Under the pieces are notes generated by a model. The model was given only the letters and a program-made list of their open reading frames with translations, was not told where the DNA came from and searched no databases. 64,000 bases of DNA from assembly GCA_902627055.1 (NCBI GenBank), contig CACOHS010000002.1, positions 4,380-68,379 of the forward strand. Direction: 5' to 3'. The position numbers were made by a program, and so were the translations under genes. The stretch's first letter is position 1. Each line of letters opens with the position of its first letter. The stretch comes from an uncultured SAR86 cluster bacterium (GTDB lineage: Bacteria; Pseudomonadota; Gammaproteobacteria; Magnimaribacterales; D2472). Below, in pieces: positions 10,943 to 22,141 of this stretch.

Positions 10943-13197
10943 TGTTTAGTAAAGAATTAGAACAATCAATAGCAAATTTATTCGATCAGGCTCAAGATCA
11001 AAATCTTGAGTACCTTACGATTGAACATCTTCTCTTAATGCTTATCTCTGATTTTGAAGTCCGGCAAGCCCTTGAGTCAAATGATGTAAATTTAGCAACT
11101 TTAAGAGAAAATCTTGAAGAGCATGTAAGAGACAATACTCCTGTTAAATCTGATGCAAAAAAGCCTGTTCAACCAACATTAGGTTTTCAAAGGGTTCTTC
11201 AAAGAGCTGTTTTTCATGTTCAGTCTTCTGGTAAGGGAGTTGTAAAACCAATTAATTTATTAGTTGCAATTTTTTCTGAAAAGGAATCTCATTCGGTATT
11301 TCTTCTTTCAAAACAAGGAATTGGAAGATTAGATATTGTTTCGTATATCTCTCATGGAAAACCTGAGGAATCATCCTCTGAATCTGAGTCAGCTCCATTA
11401 GAGGAGGTTAAGGAGCAGCAGTCCTCTCCAGAAAGCAACGAATTAGATTTTTTGATTGATTTAAATAATTTAGCCGAAACTAATAAAGTTGATCAGTTAG
11501 TAGGGCGAACAGATGAAGTAGAGCGGATAATACAAATTTTAGCTAGACGAACTAAAAATAATCCATTACTAGTTGGGGAATCTGGTGTTGGTAAAACTGC
11601 AATAGCTGAGGGCTTGGCCCATTTAATCAATGCAAAAGATACACCCGAATTTTTGCATGAATCTAGATTATATTCTTTAGACATAGGAGCGTTAATTGCT
11701 GGAACTAAATATAGAGGCGATTTTGAAAAAAGACTTAAATCAGTACTAAAATTCTTAGATAAACAAAACAATCCAATTTTATTTATTGATGAAATTCACA
11801 CTATTATTGGTGCTGGGTCAGCATCTGGAGGAAGCTTGGATGTCTCAAATCTTTTGAAGCCTGCATTAGGCAAAGGAAAACTTAGATGCATTGGTTCAAC
11901 AACTTTTCAAGAATATAGAGGTGTTTTTAATCAGAATCAGGCCTTATCTAGAAGATTTCAAAAAATCGACGTATTAGAGCCATCTGTAGATGAGTGTATA
12001 AAGATCCTAGATGGTTTAAAAAGTAACTATGAGTCTCATCACAATGTTAAATACTCAAATGAATCAATTAATTCAGCTGTTACATTATCTAAGCGATTTC
12101 TAAATGACAGATTTTTACCTGATAAAGCTATTGATTTAATAGATGAAACAGGCGCTTTATTAAATATATCTAGGTCTAATTCTAGAAAAATTACTGTAAA
12201 ACAGGTACATATTGAAAAAACTATATCTAAGATTTCTAAGATTCCTGAACAGACTATCTCCAATCAGGAATCGATAAATCTGCAGAAATTAGAATCAGAC
12301 TTGAAAACCGTTATTTTTGGCCAAGATCAAGCCATTAAAAGTTTAGTTAATGCGATTAAATTATCAAGAGCAGGGCTCAGAGATGACAATAAAACCATAG
12401 GTTCTTTCTTGTTTGCCGGCCCAACTGGAGTCGGTAAAACTGAAATCACCACTCAACTAGCTAATATGATGGGTATTGAACTTGTAAGATTTGACATGTC
12501 TGAGTATATGGAAAGACACACCGTATCAAGATTAATTGGTGCACCTCCAGGATATGTTGGGTTTGATCAAGGCGGCCTTTTAACTGAAGCAGTTGTTCAA
12601 AATCCTCATTGCGTACTTTTGCTAGATGAAATTGAAAAGGCTCATCCAGATATATTTAATCTACTACTTCAGATTATGGATTCGGGAGTTTTAACTGACA
12701 ACAACGGTCGTAAAGCAGATTTTAGAAATGTTATTGTTGTAATGACAACAAATGCCGGTGCTGATTTACTCGAAAAGAAGAGTATTGGTTTTAGTGATCA
12801 ATCAAATGAATCTGATGCATTATTGTCACTTAAGAAATTATTTTCTCCCGAATTTAGAAATAGATTGGATGAGATTATTCAATTTAACTATCTGCCTATG
12901 AAGGTAATCTTGTCAATTGTTGATAAATTTCTTACTAAGCTTCAAGCGCAGCTTGATGCAAGAAATGTTGAATTAATCTATTCCAAAAAAGTCTTAAACT
13001 GGATTGCTGAAAATGGATATAACAAAGAAATGGGAGCAAGACCCATGGAAAGGTTTATTACAAATAAAATAAAGAAACCCTTGGTTGATAAGGTATTATT
13101 TGGAGAACTTAGTAAGGGCGGTCAAATCAAAGTTGATTTGGTATCAAACAAAGTGAAGTTTAGCGCTAAAAAGAAAACTGCAAAATCAAAGGCTTAA
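10942..13197 (+). CDS. clpA: ATP-dependent Clp protease ATP-binding subunit ClpA
   Basis: Two AAA+ modules with Walker A motifs GESGVGKT and [13 protein letters not shown] overlap with clpS. Confidence 0.95.
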   Translation: MFSKELEQSIANLFDQAQDQNLEYLTIEHLLLMLISDFEVRQALESNDVNLATLRENLEEHVRDNTPVKSDAKKPVQPTLGFQRVLQRAVFHVQSSGKGVVKPINLLVAIFSEKESHSVFLLSKQGIGRLDIVSYISHGKPEESSSESESAPLEEVKEQQSSPESNELDFLIDLNNLAETNKVDQLVGRTDEVERIIQILARRTKNNPLLVGESGVGKTAIAEGLAHLINAKDTPEFLHESRLYSLDIGALIAGTKYRGDFEKRLKSVLKFLDKQNNPILFIDEIHTIIGAGSASGGSLDVSNLLKPALGKGKLRCIGSTTFQEYRGVFNQNQALSRRFQKIDVLEPSVDECIKILDGLKSNYESHHNVKYSNESINSAVTLSKRFLNDRFLPDKAIDLIDETGALLNISRSNSRKITVKQVHIEKTISKISKIPEQTISNQESINLQKLESDLKTVIFGQDQAIKSLVNAIKLSRAGLRDDNKTIGSFLFAGPTGVGKTEITTQLANMMGIELVRFDMSEYMERHTVSRLIGAPPGYVGFDQGGLLTEAVVQNPHCVLLLDEIEKAHPDIFNLLLQIMDSGVLTDNNGRKADFRNVIVVMTTNAGADLLEKKSIGFSDQSNESDALLSLKKLFSPEFRNRLDEIIQFNYLPMKVILSIVDKFLTKLQAQLDARNVELIYSKKVLNWIAENGYNKEMGARPMERFITNKIKKPLVDKVLFGELSKGGQIKVDLVSNKVKFSAKKKTAKSKA

Positions 13198-13412
13198 CGC
13201 CCTCTAAATGTAATCCTGCCTTTTGTAAGATCGTAAGGCGTCATCTCTACTTTAACTTTATCTCCAGTCAAGATCCTGATGTAATGTTTTCGCATTTTCC
13301 CAGATATATGAGCTTCGATAATATGATCATTCTCTAATTTAACTTTAAAAGTAGTATTAGGAAGAGTCTCGATAACTTCTCCTTCAAATTCTAAATTGTC
13401 TTCTTTTGCCAT
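13194..13412 (-). CDS. infA: translation initiation factor IF-1
   Basis: 72 aa, [28 protein letters not shown]...TFRGR. It holds the conserved position convergent with clpA. Confidence 0.97.
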   Translation of the reverse strand: MAKEDNLEFEGEVIETLPNTTFKVKLENDHIIEAHISGKMRKHYIRILTGDKVKVEMTPYDLTKGRITFRGR

Positions 13413-13455
13413 ATATCTATTTTACACTAAAATAATTGATTAAAAGGAGAAAAAT

Positions 13456-13770
13456 ATGTCAGACAATATTAGCGTATATATGGTAGTGAATTTAACGATA
13501 CATGATAAAGATGAATATCGTATATATGAAAAGGGCTTTTTTTCATTTCTAAAAAAACATAATGGTACCTTCATAACATATGACGATAATCGTCAGATTC
13601 TTGAGGGAGTAGAGCCACTTCCAGGAAGAACAATTATATTTTCCTTTCCAACAGAAGAAGATGCTGATAACTGGTGGGCAGATGAGGGATACCAAGAGTT
13701 AAGCAAACATAGAAGGGCAGCAACAGAAATTACACTTCAACGTGTTAAAGGATTACCACCAAGGGAATAA
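13456..13770 (+). CDS. DUF1330 domain protein
   Basis: About 100 aa with a ...IIFSFPTEEDADNWWADEGYQEL... pattern typical of DUF1330. AAGGAG Shine-Dalgarno upstream. Confidence 0.7.
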   Translation: MSDNISVYMVVNLTIHDKDEYRIYEKGFFSFLKKHNGTFITYDDNRQILEGVEPLPGRTIIFSFPTEEDADNWWADEGYQELSKHRRAATEITLQRVKGLPPRE

Positions 13771-14626
13771 AGTGAAAAAATTTGTTAGTGTAAATGGTAA
13801 AAAAATTGCCTACATTGATGAAGGAATTGGAGATGCGATTATTTTTATTCATGGAAATCCAACATCTTCATACTTATGGAGAAATATAGCACCTAATTTT
13901 AATAAGTCATTTAGAGTAATCGCTCCAGATTTAATGGGAATGGGAGACTCAGAAAAGCTTGAAGGTATTGCTAATCCAGGATACAGCTTTAATGGTCAAT
14001 ATGGGTATTTAGAAGAATTTTTAAAACAATTAGATCTTAGAAACAAAATACATCTTGTTATACATGATTGGGGTTGTGGCCTTGGATTAAAGTATGCAAG
14101 ATTACATTCAGATAATATTTCTTCTATAACTTTTATGGAAGGAGTTACTGTTCCGTTAACTTGGGATCAATGGCCTGAAGCTGGTACAAAAATTTTTAAG
14201 CTGTTTAGATCAGATGCAGGTGAAGAATTAATTTTAGATAAAAATTTCTTTGTAGAAAGAATCTTATTTAATGACCCAATCAATCCAATGTCTGAAGAAA
14301 CAAAAAAAGAATATTTAAGACCATTTAAGCAACAAGGTGAAGATAGACGACCAACATTAACATTTCCAAGAAACATACCTTTTAATGAAGAACCATTTGA
14401 TACTCACAATGAGATAAAGAAAAATGCAGAATTTCATAAAACTTCTAATATTCCAAAATTATTTATTAATGCTGACCCAGGATTTTTGTTGGTTGGTACT
14501 CAAAGGGATGAAGTAAGATCGTGGAGAAACCTTAAAGAAGTTGTAGTAAAAGGAAATCATTTTATTCAAGAAGACTCTCCAGAAGAGATAACAGCTTTCA
14601 TTAAGGAGTTTATATCGGAAATATAG
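13742..14626 (+). CDS. haloalkane dehalogenase family, HLD-II (LinB/DhaA-like) alpha/beta hydrolase
   Basis: HGNPTSSYLWRNI, nucleophile elbow IHDWGCGLG and the C-terminal GNHFIQEDSP His motif. An alternative in-frame GTG start at 13772 sits just after the DUF1330 stop. Confidence 0.8.
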   Translation: MLKDYHQGNKVKKFVSVNGKKIAYIDEGIGDAIIFIHGNPTSSYLWRNIAPNFNKSFRVIAPDLMGMGDSEKLEGIANPGYSFNGQYGYLEEFLKQLDLRNKIHLVIHDWGCGLGLKYARLHSDNISSITFMEGVTVPLTWDQWPEAGTKIFKLFRSDAGEELILDKNFFVERILFNDPINPMSEETKKEYLRPFKQQGEDRRPTLTFPRNIPFNEEPFDTHNEIKKNAEFHKTSNIPKLFINADPGFLLVGTQRDEVRSWRNLKEVVVKGNHFIQEDSPEEITAFIKEFISEI

Positions 14627-14728
14627 CTATATCTTATCATGTATAATTTAACATAATATATATTATGCGAAGTTATATAATATTACAGGAATAAATTTGC
14701 ACCCTAACCCATTGATAACAAAATACAA

Positions 14729-15997
14729 ATGAAAAAAATTCTATATTTAACAATTGGTTTATTCATAGGATTTGTTTTAAGTTATTTATGGCAATTTAGA
14801 CTATATGAACCAAAAAAAATCATTCATGATGGAACTATTGAGTCTTCATATGATGCTTTCATAGAATCACTAGTTCAATCAGGAGAATTTGTTCAATCAC
14901 ATAAATATTATTCTTCAGATAGAGAAAAGGCCCAAGCTTATATTCATATACTAAGCAGTCTAATAAGCACTATAAAACAAGAGGTTATTAATGATCATGA
15001 CTTCCCCTACTTTAATAATTTAAGCACTTTTACAAAAACTGGTATGGATAATGCTGATCAAACATATCATCAAACTTTTTTGGATGGTTCTGGTACTTAT
15101 AGAGTTTGGGGTACACGTGGAAGCTCTAAAACAATATCGTTTACTACATATCTACCTGATACCCTCTCGAAATCTCTATATGTGCTTGATGATCTTAAAT
15201 ATAATCAAGACGGATCTTTTGAGATAATAGTAGGCGGTAAAAATATGGATTTTGATAATTGGATGCCTCTTGAAAATACCTCTACAAGACTTCTAGTTAG
15301 ACAAACTCTTTCTGATTGGAATAGCGAAGTTCCTGGAACAATTCACATTGACAGAATTGATAAAGAAAAAGGTTCATATCCAAAAATTAATACTGATAGT
15401 GTTGCAGAGGATCTCATAAATTTAGCTAATGAACTTCTTTCTAATATAACTCGATGGCCTGATTATCATTTAAAAAGAGTTGAGCAAATAATGCCATTAA
15501 ACTCTATATCTAAGCCAAGGCAGGTTGGTCAAACAGGCGGGCTCTCAGGTAGGTTAATGTCTGTTGGTCACTTTAATTTAAAAAATGATGAAGTTTTAAT
15601 TATAAAAGCTTGGCCAACGGAATCATCTTATCAAGGAATACAGCTAGGTAATCCATGGTGGCAATCTTTGGATTATGCTAACAGGATATCAAGTTTAACT
15701 TTAGATCAATCAAAAGTAAGCTCTGATGGGGCTATTTATTATCTTCTTTCAAAGAAAGATCCTGGTTATCACAACTGGTTAGATATAGAAGATTTTAATA
15801 GAGGTGTAATATTGATGAGATATGATGGATTGAAAAATGCATCTCTTGATAAAAGTCTCTACCCTTCTGCTCAATTAATAAAAATTAATGATCTTAACAA
15901 GCACCTTCCAAGTGATGAAAAAAAGATAATAGAAGGCGAAAGAGAGATTCAAATACAAAAAAGAAGGGAGCATGTTCAAAAAAGATTTAATTATTAA
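14729..15997 (+). CDS. membrane-anchored hypothetical protein (possibly DUF1214-like)
   Basis: N-terminal TM helix. The blocks GMDNADQTYHQTFLDGSGTYRVWG and DPGYHNWLD recall DUF1214 proteins, but that family assignment comes from memory only. Confidence 0.6.
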   Translation: MKKILYLTIGLFIGFVLSYLWQFRLYEPKKIIHDGTIESSYDAFIESLVQSGEFVQSHKYYSSDREKAQAYIHILSSLISTIKQEVINDHDFPYFNNLSTFTKTGMDNADQTYHQTFLDGSGTYRVWGTRGSSKTISFTTYLPDTLSKSLYVLDDLKYNQDGSFEIIVGGKNMDFDNWMPLENTSTRLLVRQTLSDWNSEVPGTIHIDRIDKEKGSYPKINTDSVAEDLINLANELLSNITRWPDYHLKRVEQIMPLNSISKPRQVGQTGGLSGRLMSVGHFNLKNDEVLIIKAWPTESSYQGIQLGNPWWQSLDYANRISSLTLDQSKVSSDGAIYYLLSKKDPGYHNWLDIEDFNRGVILMRYDGLKNASLDKSLYPSAQLIKINDLNKHLPSDEKKIIEGEREIQIQKRREHVQKRFNY

Positions 15998-16008
15998 CTA
16001 AAGTATCC

Positions 16009-17121
16009 TTATTTTTCTAAAGCCTTTTTATCTATTTTGAAAGACTGCGGATTACCATTAATAAAATCAATTATTAGTTGAGCATATTCTGGACCAGCCT
16101 CTTCCTGTATAAAATGTCCTGGTCCTTGAATAGAAATTTCTTGAGCTGATGGAATTCTCTTTAACATTTCAACCATTCTTGGATTATTTCTTGTAACAGG
16201 ATCATTATCACTATTTGCAATTAAAAATGGCTTATTCCATTTCTCAAAAACTTCTCTATAGGCTTTTTCATTTTTTCTTAATTCGCTAGGAATTAAATAT
16301 GGAAAAATTTGTGCTCCAGCTTTATAGGTAGCATTTGGATAAGGTGCCTCATAGCCTTCTCTCTCAGCATTATTCACATTACCTAAGGTCTGCATAATCC
16401 CACCAACATCAATATTATCAGTGTATCTTGAATATCTTATCCACCCTGTAAAACCATCACCACCTATAAATTCTTCCCACGTAGCTGGCCCTTGAAACCA
16501 AATAGATAATTTAAATAATGGATAACTAATAAAGGACATTATCTCTCTAAAAAAACCTCTCCCTGGTGCTATTAAGCTTGTATTAGATGCAATGACTCTT
16601 GAAAATCTTTCAGGTTCTTCTGCTATGACTCTGAGACCAACCAAACCACCCCAATCGTGAACATGAGCAGTAACATTATTTAGATCTAGCTCTACTATTA
16701 ATTGAGTCATTTTATCTACATGCATTTGATGAGAATAATCTTTAATCGACACATATTTATCAGATTTCCCAAATCCAACCATATCAGGTGCTATTACTCT
16801 GTATCCAGCTCTAGTAAGTATAGGAATCATTTTTCTAAACAAATAGCTCCAAGCTGGTTCACCGTGAAGCAAATAGATAATTTCACCGTCTTTTGGACCT
16901 TCATCCAAATAATGAATGCGAGTATCACCAATAATTAAGTAATTTTCTTTAAATGGATAATCTACAATATTGTTAAAACGTTCAACCGGAGTTCTAAGAA
17001 TCCCTGGTGCAACCATATTAAATCTTTCGTAATTAACATCAACATCTGCATTTCTTAGGTATAGAAATATTCCAGCTGCAAATACTGCTATTATAAATAT
17101 TATTGATATAAGCTTTTTCAT
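16009..17121 (-). CDS. haloalkane dehalogenase family, HLD-I (DhlA-like) alpha/beta hydrolase with N-terminal membrane anchor
   Basis: RTPVERFNNIVDYPF...IHYLDEG, LHGEPAWSYLFRKMIP, APDMVGFGKSDK, VHDWGG and GHFIQEE closely parallel the Xanthobacter DhlA blocks. Confidence 0.8.
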   Translation of the reverse strand: MKKLISIIFIIAVFAAGIFLYLRNADVDVNYERFNMVAPGILRTPVERFNNIVDYPFKENYLIIGDTRIHYLDEGPKDGEIIYLLHGEPAWSYLFRKMIPILTRAGYRVIAPDMVGFGKSDKYVSIKDYSHQMHVDKMTQLIVELDLNNVTAHVHDWGGLVGLRVIAEEPERFSRVIASNTSLIAPGRGFFREIMSFISYPLFKLSIWFQGPATWEEFIGGDGFTGWIRYSRYTDNIDVGGIMQTLGNVNNAEREGYEAPYPNATYKAGAQIFPYLIPSELRKNEKAYREVFEKWNKPFLIANSDNDPVTRNNPRMVEMLKRIPSAQEISIQGPGHFIQEEAGPEYAQLIIDFINGNPQSFKIDKKALEK

Positions 17122-17202
17122 AAAAGATTTAATCTAATTTAGTCTACGATATTTTAAGCGATATGTATTATCATCTTAATAAATAATAATTAAAATATTT
17201 AT

Positions 17203-20058
17203 ATGAATATCAAAAATTTACTTACGTTTGCAATAGTTTTTTCTACTGTTTTAAATAGTGAAACCTTAAGTGAGCCTACTTCATACTCCAAAGATTTATA
17301 TGCTGAAAAAATTCTATCAGGCACATATATTGATTCAATCGATCATCCTAATGAATTTTTAGATTTTAATTATGGAGATAGAGTAGCTAATCCATCGCAA
17401 ATTTCTAATGCAGTTTTAAAATGGTCTGAACAGTCAAATAAAATTAAGGTTGTTGAGTATGCAAAATCTCATGAAAACCGGCCTCTTTATGCTCTTTTTA
17501 TTTCATCACCCAAAAATATTAATAATCTTGATCAAATTAAAGAAAATATTTCACAACTATCTGACGCAAGAAAAATAAATGATCGTGAAGCAATTTCAAT
17601 TATAGACTCATTACCTGCAATAGCATGGATGGCATATTCTATTCATGGAAATGAAACATCTGGGGCAGATGCTGCTTTAGGAGTCATTTATCATCTTATT
17701 GCAAGCAATGATCCTTCTGTTGAGGATTTACTTAACAATATGGTGATTATTATTGATCCTATGATGAATCCTGATGGAAGAGATAGATTTGCAAAATCGT
17801 TGGAACAATACAGAGGCACCGCTCCAAATTATGATGATCAATCGCTATTACATACTGGAGATTGGCCATACGGAAGAACAAATCATTATTACTTTGATTT
17901 AAATAGAGACTGGTTCTACTTAACTCAACCTGAAACACAAGGAAGAGTAAAGTTAATTAATAAATGGAGACCTCAGATTCTTGTTGATGGGCATGAGATG
18001 GGCGCACAAGACACTTTTATGACAGGGCCTCCAAGAGAGCCTATTAATAAAAACATAGATGAAGATCTCATTAAATGGGGAAATGTATTTGCAAAAGATC
18101 AAGCTGAAGCATTCGATAAAAAAAATTGGCGTTTTTATACTGGAGAATGGCATGAGGATCTTTACCCAGGATATTCTTTTTATGTTCAATTCCGTGGCAG
18201 TCTCGGGATACTCTATGAACAATCAAGAATGTCAGAGGATGGCGTGAGAAGACCAGAGGGAACAATTCAATCTTATAGAGAATCAGTCCATCATCAATTT
18301 GTAAGCACTATCGAAAACCTTAATACCTTAAAAGTTAATACAAAGGCTATGTATAAAGATTATTGGGATGGTCGTAAATACAATATTTCTAAAGATAGCA
18401 AATATGCTAATCAAACTTTTGTTGTCTTACCATCTAGAAATCATGGACGCTTAAACGCATTAGTAGATAAATTAAAAGCCCAAGATATAGAGGTATTTAA
18501 AAATACTAAAACTTTGCTGGTAGATAAAATAGTAAATCAATTGGGTGATATTGAAGCTAATTATGAAATACCTGAAGGAAGTTTAATTATTCCAAATAGG
18601 CAGCCAGAGGCACCCCTTATAAAGGCAATATTAGAATTTGATGCAGAAATTGATGAATCAGTTCTTATAGAAGAACGACAAGAAAATCTTAGAGACGGTT
18701 CTTCTATAATGTATGACACAACTGCATTCAATTTCACAATGATGTATGGACTGCCAGCTGTAACTGCTCTCGAAAATATTGATAAAAATCTTGTTAATTG
18801 GGAGCCCTCCTCTACAAATATTGCTATAAATGATAATGCAATAATATGGGCTGTCGATGGTGATGATGATAGATCAGTTGCATTTGCAGCAAGACTGCTT
18901 GAAGAAAATGTTCAAGTACGAATCATTGATAAAGAATCGATACTTTCAGGTCAAAAGTTATCTCGAGGAAGTGTTGCTGTTATTGCTATGGATAACCCAG
19001 GCAATGGAAATTTAATTACTCAAATAAAAGAAATATCTGCTGATCTAAATATACCTGTTCAGTCAATAGAATCTGGCTTTGGACCAGAAGGATTGCCTGA
19101 CTGGGGTGGCAGGCATTTTAGATTATTAAAAAAACCCCAGATTGCCATTTTGGGGCATGGTGATTACAACTCTTATGATGTTGGAGTTAGTTGGTGGTCA
19201 TTAGATCATCATCTTGGAATAAGGCATAGCCTTGTAAACGGTTCTTTTGCTGGATATGCCGACTTGAGACGTTATAACACGCTAATTCTTCCAAGCGGAT
19301 ATCCAGATATGAATACTAACGAATTAAAAAACCTATCAGAATGGATAAGAAATGGCGGTACCCTAATTGCTCATAATAGATCGACAAGATTTTTATCTTC
19401 AAATGATGGTTTAGGCAATGCAAAACAAATACAAAATGTGTTAGAAAATATTAATGACTATAAATTTGATCTTTTGAGAGAGTTAATGGCGCTAGATGAT
19501 CAGATTGATAAAGATAAAGTTAATAGTAATGATTTCGACAATTTAATTGATTACCCATGGGAATTAAGTGAAACAGAAATGTCTCAGGAACAATTTGAGA
19601 TGAGGGATAAATGGCAATCAATTTTTATGCCATCTGGATCATTTGTAGCTGGGAGAACAGATCAAAAACATTGGTTAACTTTTGGTAGTCCAGAGATATT
19701 ACCAGTTCTGTACTCAAATTATCCTGTCTTAATGACGGGAAGTAACGTGGAAGCTGCTGTCAGAATAGGTGCGCTTGTTTCTAATGTAAATGAAGTTGAA
19801 CCAAAACAAATAAATTGGTCTCTCATTCCGCCTCAAAAAGATATAAAGGTAAGAATGAGTGGTTTAGTTTGGCCAGAAGCTGCACAAAGAATAGCAAATT
19901 CAGCCTATGTAACTAGAGAGAAAGTAGGTAAAGGACAAATAATTTTATTTTCTGGTGAGCCAAACTTCAGAGGTTCGACTAGAGGAACAAATAGAATCTG
20001 GCTTAATGCTGTAATATATGGTTCAGGCCTAGGCACAAATCCCTTAGTAGATCCCTAA
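17203..20058 (+). CDS. large secreted M14-family zinc carboxypeptidase-like protein (951 aa)
   Basis: Signal-like N-terminus. The M14 zinc motif is present as SIHGNETSG, followed by NPDGR and a downstream GHEMG. About 600 aa of C-terminal extension have no recognised domains. Confidence 0.75.
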   Translation: MNIKNLLTFAIVFSTVLNSETLSEPTSYSKDLYAEKILSGTYIDSIDHPNEFLDFNYGDRVANPSQISNAVLKWSEQSNKIKVVEYAKSHENRPLYALFISSPKNINNLDQIKENISQLSDARKINDREAISIIDSLPAIAWMAYSIHGNETSGADAALGVIYHLIASNDPSVEDLLNNMVIIIDPMMNPDGRDRFAKSLEQYRGTAPNYDDQSLLHTGDWPYGRTNHYYFDLNRDWFYLTQPETQGRVKLINKWRPQILVDGHEMGAQDTFMTGPPREPINKNIDEDLIKWGNVFAKDQAEAFDKKNWRFYTGEWHEDLYPGYSFYVQFRGSLGILYEQSRMSEDGVRRPEGTIQSYRESVHHQFVSTIENLNTLKVNTKAMYKDYWDGRKYNISKDSKYANQTFVVLPSRNHGRLNALVDKLKAQDIEVFKNTKTLLVDKIVNQLGDIEANYEIPEGSLIIPNRQPEAPLIKAILEFDAEIDESVLIEERQENLRDGSSIMYDTTAFNFTMMYGLPAVTALENIDKNLVNWEPSSTNIAINDNAIIWAVDGDDDRSVAFAARLLEENVQVRIIDKESILSGQKLSRGSVAVIAMDNPGNGNLITQIKEISADLNIPVQSIESGFGPEGLPDWGGRHFRLLKKPQIAILGHGDYNSYDVGVSWWSLDHHLGIRHSLVNGSFAGYADLRRYNTLILPSGYPDMNTNELKNLSEWIRNGGTLIAHNRSTRFLSSNDGLGNAKQIQNVLENINDYKFDLLRELMALDDQIDKDKVNSNDFDNLIDYPWELSETEMSQEQFEMRDKWQSIFMPSGSFVAGRTDQKHWLTFGSPEILPVLYSNYPVLMTGSNVEAAVRIGALVSNVNEVEPKQINWSLIPPQKDIKVRMSGLVWPEAAQRIANSAYVTREKVGKGQIILFSGEPNFRGSTRGTNRIWLNAVIYGSGLGTNPLVDP

Positions 20059-20071
20059 TTTTTTAATATCG

Positions 20072-21820
20072 TTATGGATTTCTTAAATTATCAACCATTT
20101 GATTAACACTATCAGGTGGTTTTTTAAAGAAATAACATACACTAAACGCAACAATAAAGTTGATTATCATTCCTATAAAGCCAAATCCCTCTGGAGAGAT
20201 TCCTAAAAACCAATTTTCTGAAGAATTTAAATTAGTATTAATAAATTTAAAATTAATAATATAAATTGATGTGACAACCAATCCAGCAAGCATTCCAGCT
20301 ATAGCTCCTTCTTTATTTAACCTTTTATAAAATATACCCATAAATAATGCAGGAAAAATTGTTGCTGCAGCTAAACCAAAAGCAAATGCCACAACTTGAG
20401 CAACAAAACCTGGCGGATATATACCAAAAAGCCCAGCTATAAATATAGCAACTGCAGCAGAACATCGAGCATAAAATAGTTCTTGTTTTTCAGTAATCGA
20501 TGGCATAAAAGTTTTTTTCAGTAAATCATGTGAAACCGAAGCTGAAATAACTAGTAATAACCCTGCTGCAGTTGATAATGCTGCAGCTAAAGCTCCAGCA
20601 GCAACCAAAGCTATAACCCAGGCTGGTAATTTAGCTATTTCAGGATTCGCTAAAACCATAATATCTCTATCGATATAAACCTCATTTGAATTAGTCATGT
20701 CTGGTTCATTGTCTAAAGCTCTCTCTCCAAAAGAACCTCTATTATTATTAAATTTTGGCTTCACTTCATTTAATGCATTACCAGCAGAATATTGAATTAA
20801 GCCATCATCATTTTTATCTTTCCAAGCTATCAAACCAATATTTTCCCAATTTTTAAACCAACCTGGAGCTTCTTGATAGTTAACCTCTTGAACTGAATCA
20901 ATAAAATTCATTCTTGCAAAAGCTGAAACAGCTGGAGCTGTTGAATACAAAATAGCTATAAAAATTAGTGCGTAACCAGCAGATTTTCTTGCATCACTAA
21001 CTTTTGGCACAGTAAAGAATCTGACGATGACATGAGGAAGACCTGCTGTTCCAAACATCAATGCAGCTGTAATACAAAAAATATCGATTTTAGTTTTAGT
21101 ATTTTCTGTGTATGCATTAAATCCAAGTTCACCAGTAACCTTATCTAATTTATCTAATAAATATGTATCACTGTTTACAATAGTGTCGCCAAAGCCTAAC
21201 TGCGGGATTGGATTACCAGTCATCAAGATAGAAATAAAAATAGCTGGAACTAAGTAAGCAAAAATTAAAACGCAATACTGTGCAACTTGTGTATAAGTAA
21301 TGCCCTTCATGCCGCCAAGCACTGCATAGAAAAAGACTATACACATTCCAATAATTACACCTAAGTTAATATCAACCTCAAGGAATCTAGAAAAAACAAT
21401 GCCTACTCCTCTCATTTGACCAGCGACATAGGTAAATGAGATAAATATTAAGCATAAAACAGCAACTAATCTTGCTAAGTTTGAGTAGTATCTTGTGCCA
21501 ATAAAATCAGGAACTGTGTACTGACCAAATTTTCTTAAGTATGGTGCAAGCAACAGCGCTAATAGAACGTATCCACCAGTCCAGCCCATCAGATATACAG
21601 ATCCATCTTTACCTAGAAAGGCTATAAGGCCTGCCATCGAAATAAAAGAGGCTGCAGACATCCAATCTGCAGCCGTTGCCATACCATTAGCAATGGGATG
21701 AACACCCTTCCCTGCTATGTAAAAATCATTAGTTGAAGATGCGCGTGACCATATAGCTATTCCAATATATAAAGCGAAAGAAAAACCAACAAAAATATAT
21801 GTAAGTAGTTGCGCATCCAT
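20072..21820 (-). CDS. sodium:solute symporter family transporter (the type paired with DUF4212)
   Basis: 582 aa polytopic SSS-like protein with a central hydrophilic insert. It lies 5 nt downstream of a DUF4212-type small subunit gene. Confidence 0.8.
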   Translation of the reverse strand: MDAQLLTYIFVGFSFALYIGIAIWSRASSTNDFYIAGKGVHPIANGMATAADWMSAASFISMAGLIAFLGKDGSVYLMGWTGGYVLLALLLAPYLRKFGQYTVPDFIGTRYYSNLARLVAVLCLIFISFTYVAGQMRGVGIVFSRFLEVDINLGVIIGMCIVFFYAVLGGMKGITYTQVAQYCVLIFAYLVPAIFISILMTGNPIPQLGFGDTIVNSDTYLLDKLDKVTGELGFNAYTENTKTKIDIFCITAALMFGTAGLPHVIVRFFTVPKVSDARKSAGYALIFIAILYSTAPAVSAFARMNFIDSVQEVNYQEAPGWFKNWENIGLIAWKDKNDDGLIQYSAGNALNEVKPKFNNNRGSFGERALDNEPDMTNSNEVYIDRDIMVLANPEIAKLPAWVIALVAAGALAAALSTAAGLLLVISASVSHDLLKKTFMPSITEKQELFYARCSAAVAIFIAGLFGIYPPGFVAQVVAFAFGLAAATIFPALFMGIFYKRLNKEGAIAGMLAGLVVTSIYIINFKFINTNLNSSENWFLGISPEGFGFIGMIINFIVAFSVCYFFKKPPDSVNQMVDNLRNP

Positions 21821-21825
21821 TTGAG

Positions 21826-22080
21826 TTAGTTATCTTTACCAGACTTATCTTCATATTTTTTATCTAATTTATTCATCAGATAAATGTATATAAAAATTAA
21901 CAAAACAAAAAAATAAATGCTCCCTTGTTGAGCAAACCAAAATCCAAGCTTAAAACCACCTATTTGAAATTGATCTAAAAAATCAGACCATATAATTCCA
22001 AAACCAAATGAAACAAGGAACCAGATAATAAGTAAGATAGAAACAATTTTAAGGTTAGATCGCCAGTAATTTTTTTGCAT
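21826..22080 (-). CDS. DUF4212 small membrane protein (putative solute:sodium symporter small subunit)
   Basis: 84 aa with two TM helices and the FGFWFAQQGSIYFF-type block. It shows the canonical pairing with the downstream SSS gene. Confidence 0.75.
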   Translation of the reverse strand: MQKNYWRSNLKIVSILLIIWFLVSFGFGIIWSDFLDQFQIGGFKLGFWFAQQGSIYFFVLLIFIYIYLMNKLDKKYEDKSGKDN

Positions 22081-22141
22081 AAATCTACTTTATATAAATT
22101 GATAATTTAAGTCTGTAATTATTACACTTAATAGGAAAGAA

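Noticed and set aside
11493-12263. Antisense ORFs 11493..11771 and 12039..12263 lie inside clpA. Similar short antisense or off-frame ORFs occur inside aceA, M14, hisD-B, hisA, holB, mltG, fabD, metG, the KstD-like gene and the NMO gene.
   Set aside because: All are fully embedded in strongly supported genes. Such ORFs are typical chance occurrences in AT-rich DNA.
14652-14667. A perfect 16-nt palindrome, CATAATATATATTATG, lies downstream of the HLD-II gene.
   Set aside because: It is an almost pure A/T palindrome in an AT-rich intergenic region, so the chance expectation is high, and the predicted hairpin stability is negligible.
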